A stretch of 64,000 nt of DNA from a bacterium (GCA_965218795.1 OZ244653.1:3072001-3136000), one strand, 5' to 3'; positions 1 through 10,578 are shown, numbered from the stretch's first letter. Notes: generated from the sequence alone by a model not told the origin. Made by a program: numbers and translations.

Positions 1-721
1 CAATTCGGTCGTTGTGGGCGGCAATTCGCTCCGGGAGAAGATCCTCCTGAACGCGGCCGCGCGCCTGGAGGTTTCGGTGGACGACTTGGACATGGCGGAG
101 GGGCGGGTCTTCGTCGAGGGGACGCCCGACCGCTCGGTGACCTTCGGTGAGCTGGCGAAGATGGCCGGAGGGGTGCCGGGCGTCATGATGGGGGGGAAGT
201 CGCCGGGGTTGGAAGTATCCGAATATTATACGCCCAGTATGCCCGCGACCTCGGCGGCGTGCCACGTTTGCGTCGTCCAGGTGGATACGAACACCGGATT
301 CGTCAAGAGCCTGCGTCACCATATCGCGCACGATTGCGGCGTCGTGCTGAACCCCCTGCTTCTGGAAGGTCAGGTTCACGGGGGCGCGGCGCATGGGATC
401 GGTGAGGCACTGATCGAGGAGGTGGTTTTCGATGAGAATGGAACGCCCCAGGCGTCCACCTTCCTGGATTACCTCCTCCCGTTGTCCACGGATGTTCCCG
501 ATTTCGAGCTTTCGCACATTGAGACGCCGTCGCCCTTCAATCCGCTCGGGATCAAGGGAGCGGGGGAAAGCGGGACGATGGCTTCGCCCGCCGTGGTTGC
601 CGCGGCCATCGAAGACGCCTTGAAGCCTCTCGGCGTCCGGATCCGGGAGCTGCCGCTGACCCCTTACCGCCTTTGGAGAATCATTCAGGAGGGGAACGGT
701 CCCCTCGACTTCCGTCTCTAG
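1..721 (+). CDS. Xanthine dehydrogenase/CoxL-family molybdopterin-binding large subunit, C-terminal part (5' end outside window)
   Basis: Frame open from the window edge; motifs HDCGVVLNPLLLEGQVHGG, FLDYLLP, NPLGIKGAGESG (catalytic Glu). Confidence 0.9.
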   Translation, partial: NSVVVGGNSLREKILLNAAARLEVSVDDLDMAEGRVFVEGTPDRSVTFGELAKMAGGVPGVMMGGKSPGLEVSEYYTPSMPATSAACHVCVVQVDTNTGFVKSLRHHIAHDCGVVLNPLLLEGQVHGGAAHGIGEALIEEVVFDENGTPQASTFLDYLLPLSTDVPDFELSHIETPSPFNPLGIKGAGESGTMASPAVVAAAIEDALKPLGVRIRELPLTPYRLWRIIQEGNGPLDFRL

Positions 722-758
722 ACCGGTCAACGCCGCTCGGATTCACGTACAATCATTC

Positions 759-791
759 AGACCCGGTTCCGGCCTGAACCGGGTTTTTCTT
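759..791 (+). terminator. Intrinsic terminator candidate
   Basis: Stem acccggttc/gaaccgggt (761-784) with a 6-nt loop, followed by ttttct, about 40 nt after the stop. Confidence 0.55.
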
Positions 792-837
792 TCGGGGGGT
801 GAACGTTGGATTTCCTGTTCCCGGAGGAGGCGCCCCT

Positions 838-2196
838 ATGGCTTATCGTGATCTGCGTTCGTTTCTGAAGGATTTGGAGGACCGGGGGGATCTCACTCGC
901 GTCACGCGGTCGGTCCGCCCGCGCCTGGAGGCGTCCGGAATACTGCGCGCCCTGGATGACGCCGAAGGGCCCGCCGTCTTGTTCGAGCGGCTGCGGGGAT
1001 ACGAGGTTTCCGCGGTGGGAAACCTTTTCAGCGCCCGCCGCCGGGTGGGCTGGGCCCTGGGGACAGAGGGAGACTTCCGCGATTTCGTGAAGGAGCGGCT
1101 GAAGCGGCGCAGGAAACCTCGAAAGGCCCGAAATGCTCCGGTCCGGGAAGTCGTCCGCAGGAAGGGGATCGACCTGTCCGAACGAATCCCTTTGCTCACA
1201 TATCACGAGCGGGATTCCGGGCCTTACATGACCTGCGGCGTCCTTCTGTACCGGGATCCCGCGCACGGCGTCATCAACATGGGCATCTACCGGCTCCAGG
1301 TCCAGCCGCAGCCCAACCTGCTGAGCATTCAGATCGTCAGTCAGCCTTTGGCCCGGTACGTGGCCGAGGCGGAGGAGCGGAAGGAGGCGATGGAGGTGGC
1401 CGTCGTCCTCGGCTGTGACCCCGGCCTCTATCTGGCATCGGTCCTTCAATCGGGTCCGGGCGCCGATCGGCTGGAGGTCGCCGGGGGGCTCCGGGGGGCT
1501 CCGGTTGAGGTAACCGACGGCGTAACGGTCGACTTGCCGGTTCCCGCGCACGCGGAATTCGTGATCGAGGGACGCATCCTGCCCGGCAAACGCGTGGAGG
1601 AAGGCCCCATGGGGGAGAGTTCCGGCGTGTATACCTACAGCCGGAGCAACGTCATCGAGGTCACTGGGGTCACCCACCGAAAAGACGGCATCTTCCAGGC
1701 GTTGCTCCCTTGGAGCCGGGACGAAGAATCGCTTCTCGCCGTGGCCTATACGATTCCGATGGAGCAGCGTCTTCAGGCGCAAGATCCGAATGTTCGCTTC
1801 CTTCACCTGGTGCCCGGGACCTCGGCCATGCACGCCGTCGTATCCATTCGAAAGAACCGACCGGGGCATGGAAAGGACATCATGGCCCTGTGTTTCGGCC
1901 TGTTCTCCGTGCTGAAGCATGTGGTCGTTGTGGACGAGGATATCGACGCGGAGAACGAGCGGATGGTGGCCTGGGCGGTATCGAGCCGGTTTCAGGCGGA
2001 CCAGGACCTGGTCACCCTTCCTCATGCAGGCGGATTCTCCATCGACCCCTCGGCGGAACGGGACGACGGCTCCTTCCTCTCGACGAAGGTCGGGCTGGAT
2101 GCGACCATGCCTTTGGGGAAGCACGAAAAATATGAGCGGATCGATGTCGGAGAGAAGGCGCGGAAGGTTGTGTCCGAGATTCTCGGGAAGGACTGA
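838..2196 (+). CDS. UbiD-family (prFMN-dependent) decarboxylase
   Basis: MAYRDLRSFLKDLEDRGDL start after RBS ggaggagg; NMGIYRLQ, EGPMGE, KHVVVVDEDID, VAWAVSSRFQADQD and KVGLDAT motifs. Confidence 0.9.
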   Translation: MAYRDLRSFLKDLEDRGDLTRVTRSVRPRLEASGILRALDDAEGPAVLFERLRGYEVSAVGNLFSARRRVGWALGTEGDFRDFVKERLKRRRKPRKARNAPVREVVRRKGIDLSERIPLLTYHERDSGPYMTCGVLLYRDPAHGVINMGIYRLQVQPQPNLLSIQIVSQPLARYVAEAEERKEAMEVAVVLGCDPGLYLASVLQSGPGADRLEVAGGLRGAPVEVTDGVTVDLPVPAHAEFVIEGRILPGKRVEEGPMGESSGVYTYSRSNVIEVTGVTHRKDGIFQALLPWSRDEESLLAVAYTIPMEQRLQAQDPNVRFLHLVPGTSAMHAVVSIRKNRPGHGKDIMALCFGLFSVLKHVVVVDEDIDAENERMVAWAVSSRFQADQDLVTLPHAGGFSIDPSAERDDGSFLSTKVGLDATMPLGKHEKYERIDVGEKARKVVSEILGKD

Positions 2197-2214
2197 CAAG
2201 GAAGCCGAAGGCTA

Positions 2215-2827
2215 GTATCTGTTAGCACTAATGGTTGAGATCCTGTTATCCTTTGCGGATGGAGATCACCCAAGCTCAGTACGAACGCATTGCACCCTCC
2301 CTGCCGGTGCAACGCGGCAACGTCAGCGTGTCGAACCTGCAAGTGCTCAACGCCATCCTGTACGTCGCCGAGCATGGCTGCAAGTGGCGGGGGTTACCGA
2401 CCCGGTTCGGCAACTGGCACACCATCTACACGCGCATGAACCGCTGGTCGAAGAACGGGGTGCTCGACCGGGTCTTCGAGCAGTTGCAGCGGGAACGGAT
2501 CGTGCGCATCCAGCTCGAAGCGGTGTCGCTGGACAGCACCATCGTCAAGGTCCATCCCGATGGACCGCGCGTATGAGGGCAGCGAGACACGCCCACTGGC
2601 CTTGGCGCTGGGGTACACGCCCGTGGTTCCGCCTCTCTAGACCCGGCACGATTCCTGGGCGCACGACCGGGAGACGTACAAGAGGCGCAACGAGATCGAG
2701 CGCCTGTTCTGCCGATTGAAGGGCTTCCGCCGGATCTTCACCCGCTTCGAGAAGCTCGACGCCCTGTACATCGGGTTCATCCTGTTCGCGCTCATCGTCG
2801 ATGCACTGCGCTAGTGTTAACAGGCCC
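2215..2827 (+). mobile_element. IS5-family (IS427-like) element, internally deleted and inactive
   Basis: Closely similar to the IS at 37942-38755 but 201 bp shorter (junction at gaYgg microhomology); right IR taacaggccc intact, left IR damaged (gtatctgtta); flanked by TA. Transposase motif GCKWRGLPTRFGNWHTIY. Confidence 0.9.
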
Positions 2828-3444
2828 TAGCCGAACTCGACGTCGTACTTTTTCCTCGGGAGGCGAGGAAGGATCCGGGTGGATTCCTGCTTTTCGATGG
2901 ACCGGACGAAGTTGTACTTGTCCTCGATACCGTCCGTCTCCCGCAGAGGAGACATCCTGGTTCCCTTTTCAACGACCGCCACGATCACTGTTTGCTCCTG
3001 CAATCCCATCGCTTCATCCAGGACTTTTTCGAACTCGCCTGAATCCGAAATGGAAAACGCACGATCGATCCCGGCACCACTGGCGATCGAAGCCAAGTCA
3101 GTCGATCGCCCGGTGTGCGTCGCGAAGCCGCCGGAGCTTTCATAGGAAGCATTGTCGAAGATGAGGGTCAGCAGATTGGAAGGGCTCTGATTGCCCAGCG
3201 TCGCCAGGATGCCCAGGTTCATCAGGAGGCTGCCTTCGCCGTCGATGGCGACAACCCTTCGGTGCGGCAATCCGGTCGCCACCCCCAGCGCCATCGGAAC
3301 CACACAGCCCATGGCGTTGAGCGGCATGGTCTGGTGGGCCGGATAGAGCTCGGTCCATTCGTCCACCAGCCCGCCGAGCCCCACGATGCAGGGTTCGTCC
3401 TTGAGGCGGGAGGCGAGAAGTTTCAGGCAATCAAAACGGATCAT
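2827..3444 (-). CDS. Thiamine pyrophosphate-binding protein, sulfopyruvate/phosphonopyruvate decarboxylase beta-subunit (ComE)-like
   Basis: TPP motif AIDGEGSLLMNLG...IFDNASYESSG; about 205 aa; MIRFDCLKLL start. Confidence 0.8.
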   Translation of the reverse strand: MIRFDCLKLLASRLKDEPCIVGLGGLVDEWTELYPAHQTMPLNAMGCVVPMALGVATGLPHRRVVAIDGEGSLLMNLGILATLGNQSPSNLLTLIFDNASYESSGGFATHTGRSTDLASIASGAGIDRAFSISDSGEFEKVLDEAMGLQEQTVIVAVVEKGTRMSPLRETDGIEDKYNFVRSIEKQESTRILPRLPRKKYDVEFG

Positions 3445-3535
3445 GAAGTGTTCGCTCTCGATTGAGATTCGGGAATGGGGGAATAAACCAACTTCCCGTC
3501 CGCCATTCATATATCACGAGTGCGCCGGCGACATA

Positions 3536-3571
3536 AAGGATAAAGCCGCCCTTTCGGGCGGCTTTATCCTT
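3536..3571 (-). terminator. Strong hairpin, likely terminator downstream of metH
   Basis: Perfect 16-bp stem aaggataaagccgccc/gggcggctttatcctt with a 4-nt loop (GAAA on the minus strand). Confidence 0.7.
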
Positions 3572-3773
3572 CGGGAGCGGTTCCCCGAAATTTCCGTCTC
3601 TGTACAATCCGATCGAGTCGGAGGCGTTCCAGAATTCAGATTGGGTTACCGGGCCATCGCGATGCTGATGACTTCCGCGGCGTCCTCGTCCGTCTCGGTC
3701 AATCCCAGACCAATGACCGCCTCGGGAGTCAGCGTGGCCAGAAGGATTGTCACGGACGAGAGGGGGCCGTCAG

Positions 3774-6700
3774 CTAGACGGAAAAATACTTCGCTTGGGG
3801 GTGATGGACGACGATGGCCGACGTGCTCTGTTCGGGATGGAGCTGGTCCTCCTCGCTCATCTCGATGCCGAGCCGCTCCGCATCCAATAAGTCCAGCAGG
3901 ATTCGCTGGTCCGCTAAATGCGGGCACGCCGGATAGCCGAACGAATAGCGGGCTCCCCGGTATCCCTGCTTGAGCATCCGCCTGACGTCCCGGTCGTCCA
4001 GGTGGCCGAATCCCAGCTCTGCCCGAATGCGTTTGTGGACGTATTCGGCGAGGGCTTCGGCCGTCTCTACGCCCAGGCCGTGCAGGTATAGATAGTCCTG
4101 ATATTTGTTCTGGGAAAACCACTCCCGGGCGACATCCGAGGCCCGCTGGCCGATGGTCACCACTTGAAGGGCGATGATGTCCCGCTCGCCGGATTCAACG
4201 TCCCGAAAAAAATCCGCGACACAGAGACCGTCCTTCCGGTTCTGTCTCGGAAAGCCGAACCGCGCCACCTCGGCTTCGCCCCCATCGTCGAAAATCACGA
4301 CCTCGTCTCCCTCGGAGGCCGCCTTCCAGTACCCATACGCCGCCCTCGGCGCGAAAATCTTCTCTTCGACGACCACCCGGACCATCCTGTGGAGGATCGG
4401 ACGAATCTCCTCGTCGATCCAGGTCTCGAGGTGATGGGTCGATCGACGCCCCTTCCTGAATCCCCATTGGAAGTGGAAGAGCGTGGTCTCGTTCAGGTAG
4501 GAGACCAGCGACTTCATGGAGATCTCCTCCACGACCCGCACGCCCCAGAAGGGAGGCGAAGGCACCTCGACCTCCCGCGCGAGCTCGGCGCGCCTCAGCC
4601 TGATCTCTTCCAGGTCGACCGGCCGCTCCGCCGGCGATTCGTCGGTTTCTTTCGGCCTCTGTTTTCGCTTGGGACGCCGGGCGCGCTTCTCCGTAAGCCC
4701 CTTCAGGTATTCATCGAATTTCCCATCGACGACGGTGCCCATGAGATTGAGCCCGCCGAAGGCGTCGGACGCGTAGGCCACGCCGCCGGAGCCATATGCC
4801 GCCGCGCAATCCTCCTCGACGTATTTTCGGGTCAGTGCGGCGCCGCCCAGGAACACCGGGACGTCGACGTCCAGACGGGTCATCTCCTGCAGATTTTCCC
4901 GCATGATGACGGTCGATTTCACCAGCAGGCCGGACATGCCGATGGCGTCGGCCTGGTTCTCCTCCGCCGCTTCCAGAATCGAAGCGATGGGCTTCTTGAT
5001 GCCGAGGTTGATGACCTTGTAGCCGTTGTTGGTCAGGATGATGTCAACAAGATTCTTGCCGATGTCGTGTACGTCGCCTTTCACGGTCGCGAGCACAATC
5101 GTGCCTTTCTCCTGGTTTTCGACTCGCTCCATGTGAGGCTCCAAATGGGCCACCGCCGCCTTCATGGTCTCGGCCGACTGCAAAACAAAGGGGAGCTGCA
5201 TCTGTCCCGAGCCGAACAGGTCGCCCACCACCTTCATGCCGTCGAGCAGATGAACGTTGATGATGTCGAGCGGGGCGTGTTTTTGGAGCGCCTCATCGAG
5301 GTCCTCCTCCAGCCCCTGCCGGTCGCCGTCGATGATCCGTTGTTTCAGGCGCTCTTCGACCTCGGCGGGGCGCTCCCGCGCAGCGTCTTTCTGGGCGTCG
5401 CGGTCCATGAATTGCGCGATGAAGGACTCCAGCGGATCGTACCCTTCGTTCCTCCAATCGAAGATCAGGGCCTCGGCCGTCTCCATCTCATCGGGCGGTA
5501 TCTTGTGCAGCGGAAGGATCTTGCTGGCGTGAAGAATGGCGCCGGTCAAGCCGCGTTTCAAGGCATGGTCCAGATAGACCGAATTCAGGACATGCCGCGC
5601 GGCCGGCTTGAGCCCGAAGGAAACGTTCGACAGCCCGAGAATGATCTGGCACTCGGGCAGCTCGTCGTGGATTCGCTCGATGGCCTCGAGGGTCCAGAGA
5701 CCCAGCTTGCGGTCTTCCTCGTTTCCCGTGCAGATCGTAAATGTGAGCGGATCGAATAGAAGGTCCGAGGGCGGCAGCCCGTATTGATTCACGGCGAAGT
5801 CGTAGAGCCGGTGGGCGATGCGGATTTTTTCCTCCACGGTCTTGGCCATGCCCTCTTCGTCAATGGTCAGGGCGATGATCGCAGCGCCGAACTTCTTCGC
5901 CAGCTTCAGCCGCGCAGCCGGCGGGATTTCGCCGTCCTCGAAGTTGATCGAGTTGATGATGGCTTTGCCCGCATAGAGCTTCAGCGCCTCCTCGAGCACG
6001 GGCAGTTCCGTGGAATCAAACACAAGGGGCGCCGTCACCGAGCCCCGCATCCGCGAGACGACCTCCGTCATGTCGGAAATCTCGTCGCGGCCCACAAAGG
6101 CCGTGCATACGTCCAGGGCGTGCGAGCCCTCCCGCACTTGGTCCCCTCCCATGGCGACCGCGGTGTCCCAGTCCTGCTGCTCCTGAGCCACCCGGAACTT
6201 CTTGGAGCCGTTTGCGTTGCAACGCTCTCCAATCGAGAGAAAGGCGTTTTCCTGCCGCAGCGGAACCTGCGCGTAGAGAGACGCGATGGAGGATATCCAG
6301 ACCGGCGACCGCCGGACCGGCTTGGGTCTTTCGCCCGAGGCGCGGCGCCGGAGCATCTCATCCAAGGCGGCGATATGCTCGGGTGTCGTCCCGCAACAGC
6401 CCCCAATGATATTGACGCCGTTCTCTTCGATGTAGCGCTCCATCCACCGGGCCATCTCGAAGGCGTCCAGCGGATAGTGGGTCTGACCGTCGACAAGCTC
6501 GGGCAGGCCCGCGTTGGGGACCACGGAGATCTTGCCGCGCCATGCGCTCCCCAACCATTTGACGTGATCGGCCATCTCCTGGGGCCCAGTGCCGCAGTTC
6601 ATCCCGATGACGGAGACGTCCAGCGCATCCACAATCGTGGCCGCCGCGGCGATGTCGGCGCCGACGAGCAGCGTTCCCGTCGTCTCCACAGTGACGCTGA

Positions 6701-7330
6701 CCACGATCGGGATGTCCACGGCTGATCGTGCCATGACGATCTTGGCTGCGTTCACCGCGGCTTTGATCTGAAGGGGGTCCTGGCAGGTTTCGATGAGGAA
6801 GGCGTCCACTCCTCCTGCAAGGAGACCGTCGCACTGAACGGTCAACGCGTCCTCGAGGCTCTGATAGTCGATATGGCCGAGAGTCGGAAGGCGCGTGCCT
6901 GGCCCGATGGCACCGAAAACGAAGCGGGGCCGGCCGTCTCCGGCGAATTCCTGAGCGGCCTCTCGGCCCAATTCCGCCCCCTGCCTGCAAAGGTCGTAGG
7001 CTTCGTCTCCGATCTCGAACTCCCCCAGCGTGATGGGGGAGCCGCCAAACGTGTTCGTTTTGAGGCCGTCCGCGCCTGCGGCGAGAAATTCGACGTGGAT
7101 GTCACGGATGACGTCGGGTCGGGTCCGGTTCAGGATCTCCATGCAGTTTTCTTTACCGAGAAAATCCTCTTCGAGCTTCAGATGGCGCGCGTGGATGGAC
7201 GTCCCCATGGCTCCGTCGAGCAGCAGCACACGGTCGGACAGATAATCCAGGAGGGGGGCGGAGGCCTTCGGCCGCGGATCAGAGGTGTCACCGCCGTTCG
7301 AATCGGGACGTTGAACGAGCCCGACCCCGG
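3774..7330 (-). CDS. metH: Cobalamin-dependent methionine synthase (start codon uncertain)
   Basis: LLLDGAMGT, GMNCGTGP, GGCCGTTP, IGERCNANGSKKF, B12 motif VKGDVHDIGKNLV, C-terminal RYSFGYPACP and HPEQSTSA. Confidence 0.95.
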
Positions 7331-7341
7331 TTTCCTCTCTT

Positions 7342-8307
7342 TCAGCAATGGTCAATGGATCTCTCCCCCGCACCCGGGACGCCCCCGGTGGTTCCAGCGC
7401 GCGCCGGCCGCAAGCCCATCGCGTGGCAGATGGCATAAGCCAAATCGCCGCGATTCAGCGTGTAGAAGTGAAATTCATTCACACCCTCATGGTGAAGCCG
7501 CCGGCATTGCTCGATCACGACGGATGCCGCCATGAGGTTTTGGGTGACGGGGTCATCGTCCAGCCCTTCGAAAAGGTTGGAGAGCCACTTGGGGACCGAG
7601 GCTCCGCATCGCTGGCTGAAGACCGCGACCTGCTTGAAGTTGTGAATCATCAGGATACCCGGAACGATGGGCACCGTAATGCCGGCCTTGCGGATCTGCT
7701 CCAGAAATTGAAGGAGCAGGTCCACGTCGAAGAAATACTGGGTGATGGCGCGCGTGGCTCCCGCATCGGTCTTCCGCTTCAAATTGTCGATGTCCGCTTC
7801 GGGACTCAGCGCCTCGGGGTGGGTCTCAGGGTAGGCGGCAACGCTGATTTCGAAGTCGGCCACCCGCTTGAGCCCATCCACGAGGTCGGCCGCGAAAGCA
7901 TAACCGCCGGGGTGCGGGGTGTACTCCGATTCGCCTTCGGGCGGATCTCCACGCAGCGCCACGATGTGGCGCACGCCCGTGTTCCAGTAGTCCCGAGCGA
8001 CCTCGTCCACCTCTTCTCGGGTGGCCCCGACACAGGTCAGATGCGCGGCCGGGACCAGGTGCGTTTCCCGAAGGATCCGGTGAACCGTGGCATGGGTCCG
8101 CTCCCGCGTGCTTCCCCCGGCTCCATAGGTAACGGAGACAAAGCGCGGTTGCATGGGCTCCAGCCGTTTGACGGATTCCCAAAGGGAATGTTCCATCTTC
8201 TCGGTCTTTGGAGGAAAGAACTCGAACGAAACTTCAATCGGTTCGCCCGGAAGCGCCGTGGAAATAATACCCCTTCGAGAATCATTCGCCGATTTCGGGT
8301 GGGTCAT
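7342..8307 (-). CDS. metF: 5,10-methylenetetrahydrofolate reductase
   Basis: VSFEFFPPKT, FVSVTYGAGGSTRERT, AHLTCV, ALRGDPP, ITQYFFD and FHFYTLNR motifs. Confidence 0.95.
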   Translation of the reverse strand: MTHPKSANDSRRGIISTALPGEPIEVSFEFFPPKTEKMEHSLWESVKRLEPMQPRFVSVTYGAGGSTRERTHATVHRILRETHLVPAAHLTCVGATREEVDEVARDYWNTGVRHIVALRGDPPEGESEYTPHPGGYAFAADLVDGLKRVADFEISVAAYPETHPEALSPEADIDNLKRKTDAGATRAITQYFFDVDLLLQFLEQIRKAGITVPIVPGILMIHNFKQVAVFSQRCGASVPKWLSNLFEGLDDDPVTQNLMAASVVIEQCRRLHHEGVNEFHFYTLNRGDLAYAICHAMGLRPARAGTTGGVPGAGERSIDHC

Positions 8308-9299
8308 GGCGCGGTCCTCTCAAGGGATTTCGAAGGACCGCTCTTTCGGCGTTGGGCCTTCCGAACGGAAGTGGATCGGATGGCCGTCCAGATGGATACG
8401 GTCAGGGGGTCGCCGGGCAAGTGAACCACCCGATCGGGGGAGAGGCCGGAAGCCTCAATCCATTGCTTGACTTCTTCTTCCTCGAATCCCAGGCGGCGGT
8501 GTGCATGGCTCTTCCGAAGGTATTCCAAGTCGTGCGGGGCGAGATCGGCGATGATGAGAATTCCCCCCGGGCGGAGCACCCGGGCCGCCTCCAACAAAGC
8601 GCCGGTCGGTTGGTCCGCGTAATGCAGGACCTGATTAATTGTGACGGCGTCGAACGCCTGGGAAGGAAAGGGCAGCTGGTACATGTCGCCGTATCGTACC
8701 TGGCAGTGATGTGTCCCGCCCCGTTCCAACTGGGCGCGGGCCACCGCAAGCATTTCATGGGAGCGGTCGATCCCGACCGCACGGTCGACGCGGGGACCCA
8801 CCAGCTCCAGGATGCGCCCTGTGCCCGTACCCACATCGAGCAGATCCGCAATATCCCTGCCTGAGAGAATTTCAAGCAAGACCCGTTCCACCTCGGATTC
8901 GGGCACCCGCAGGGAGCGAATTTCATTCCATCTGGGCGCAATCTCGTTGAAATATCTCACCGCAGACTCGGCGCGAGCCTTTTTGACCCGCTGCAGCCTT
9001 TGCCGGTCCAGAGCGAGCGTTGGGTCGTCCTCAGGTAATAGGGAGATGAGCGACCGTCCCAATGAGCCGCGATGTTCATCCTGGGAAAGGCGGTAAAATA
9101 CCCATGCGCCCTCCGGAAATCGATCCAGCAAACCGGCTTCACAAAGAAGTTTCAGATGTCGAGAGACGCGCGGCTGGCTCTGTCCGAGAATTTGCGTTAG
9201 TTCCGTAACGGCCAATTCACCATGGGCGCAAAGGGCCAATAGGCGCAAACGCGTCGGCTCAGCCGCGGCCCTCAACCCCGCCAGGAGACCGTCCATCAA
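8304..9299 (-). CDS. sahR: ArsR-HTH plus SAM-methyltransferase fusion regulator (SahR)
   Basis: N-terminal ArsR domain (EPTRLRLL...QSQPRVSRHLKLLCEAGL); C-terminal LLDVGTGTG and HAHRRLGF; 4-bp overlap with metF. Confidence 0.85.
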   Translation of the reverse strand: MMDGLLAGLRAAAEPTRLRLLALCAHGELAVTELTQILGQSQPRVSRHLKLLCEAGLLDRFPEGAWVFYRLSQDEHRGSLGRSLISLLPEDDPTLALDRQRLQRVKKARAESAVRYFNEIAPRWNEIRSLRVPESEVERVLLEILSGRDIADLLDVGTGTGRILELVGPRVDRAVGIDRSHEMLAVARAQLERGGTHHCQVRYGDMYQLPFPSQAFDAVTINQVLHYADQPTGALLEAARVLRPGGILIIADLAPHDLEYLRKSHAHRRLGFEEEEVKQWIEASGLSPDRVVHLPGDPLTVSIWTAIRSTSVRKAQRRKSGPSKSLERTAP

Positions 9300-9343
9300 A
9301 AGGAACCCCTCTGAACGTACCTGAATTAAATATCGAGATTAAG

Positions 9344-9372
9344 ATATATACAATTCTTTATATATATGTCAA
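9344..9372 (-). promoter_or_regulatory. Sigma70-type promoter overlapped by a 20-bp palindrome (putative SahR operator)
   Basis: TTGACA on the minus strand at 9372-9367; palindrome atatatacaattctttatat (9344-9363, 8 of 10 pairs) in an AT-rich patch upstream of sahR. Confidence 0.65.
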
Positions 9373-9542
9373 GCAGAGCCGGTCTGATTTTCTTGTCCTT
9401 TGAGAATGGTGGTATTGTATTTTGGAATGACAGACAGTGAGTCTAGACCGAGTTTTCGATGGGCATGAGGTTGCCCGCGGAATGGGTCGAGGACATCTCA
9501 GGTATTCCGATCAACGGGTTGAATGGATTGGAGGTGATCATC

Positions 9543-10142
9543 ATGGGCTTGCGCCAGATGTTGAACAAACTGCTGTACGGGGACTCGGATCCGGACGCAA
9601 CGGGCAGCAAGAGTCCGGCTGTCCGGGAGAACTGGGAGGAACTGTATAACAACCCGGATACCCCGAGCTACGGAAACCCCAACGGATCCATCAGCCTGGT
9701 CGAGTTCGTCGATTACCGCTGACACTTCTGCAGAGCCCTCCGTGCGAGGCTTTCCAAGGCGAAGGATGAAAACCCCGAATTGCGGGTTATTGTGAAAGAG
9801 ATTCCCATCCTCGGGCCGACATCGATAGATGCCACCAAAGCCGCCTATGCGTCCATTGCCCAGGGGAAGTATTACGAGATGCACTCCGCCCTTTATGCGG
9901 CCAAGGGGAAATTCGGCGGGGACAACATTTACAAGATCGCCCAATCGGTTGGCCTGGATGTCGATCGGTTGAAGACGGATATGGAGTCGCCCAAGGTGAA
10001 GGAAATGTACGAATCGAACATCCAACTCGGCGAGGCTATCGGTATTCGGGGGACGCCGGGGATGGTGGTGGGGGAGGAAATCATCCTTGGGGCCATCGGC
10101 CAGAAGAAGCTGGCCCGGTTGATCCAGGATAGCTCGGCCTGA
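9543..10142 (+). CDS. DsbA-family thiol-disulfide oxidoreductase, probable selenoprotein (UxxC, Sec codon at 9720-9722)
   Basis: The ORFs at 9459-9722 and 9780-10142 share a frame and read LVEFVDYR-TGA-HFC...KEIPILGPTS...GIRGTPG. The TGA sits at the first Cys of CxxC; RBS ggaggtga precedes ATG 9543. Confidence 0.85.
9723..9760 (+). promoter_or_regulatory. Bacterial SECIS-like hairpin
   Basis: gagccctc-cgtgc-gaggcttt stem-loop with one bulged C; the apical loop starts 19 nt after UGA and has G at its second position. Confidence 0.6.
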
Positions 10143-10216
10143 TTCCCAGCGTATGCCGTTTGAAACAGCTCACCGGATGTTTTCCCGATTTTCTGACTAT
10201 CATGAGGAGGCGGGAA

Positions 10217-10501
10217 ATGCTCAAAGCCGTATGGAACGGTGCGGTATTGGCCGAGACGGAACAGTTTGAAGAAGTGGAAGGCACTATCTACTTCCCGCCG
10301 GATTCCATCAACCGTGAATACTTTCGGGAGAATGACCAGAAGACTTTCTGTCACTGGAAGGGCGAGGCGAGCTACTACGATATCGTGGTGAATGATGAGG
10401 TGAACGAAGGCGCGGCCTGGACGTATTCGACTCCGATGGAGGCCGTGGAGAATATCAGGGGCCATATTGCCTTCTGGAAGGAAGTCGAAGTCGAGAAATA
10501 G
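10217..10501 (+). CDS. DUF427 family protein
   Basis: MLKAVWNGAVLAE...YFPPDS...CHWKGEASYY...AAWTY...GHIAFW pattern; RBS gaggagg. Confidence 0.85.
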   Translation: MLKAVWNGAVLAETEQFEEVEGTIYFPPDSINREYFRENDQKTFCHWKGEASYYDIVVNDEVNEGAAWTYSTPMEAVENIRGHIAFWKEVEVEK

Positions 10502-10578
10502 CTCGCGCCCGATCTCTGAGCGGTCCGATGATCCCCGTTGAGTGAACGCCGTCGCATACGGGAGGAGTCGGAGTCGAT

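Noticed and set aside
1-721. Aerobic CO dehydrogenase (coxL) call
   Set aside because: The diagnostic active-site loop (AYxCSFR) lies outside the window, so only a family-level call is possible.
3646-3753. 35-codon minus-strand ORF after metH (VTILLATLTPEAVIGLG...)
   Set aside because: No clear RBS or recognisable family; could be a gene remnant but cannot be supported.
9300-9540. SAM or cobalamin riboswitch ahead of the met genes
   Set aside because: The leader is short and AT-rich with no recognisable aptamer motifs; a protein operator explains it better.
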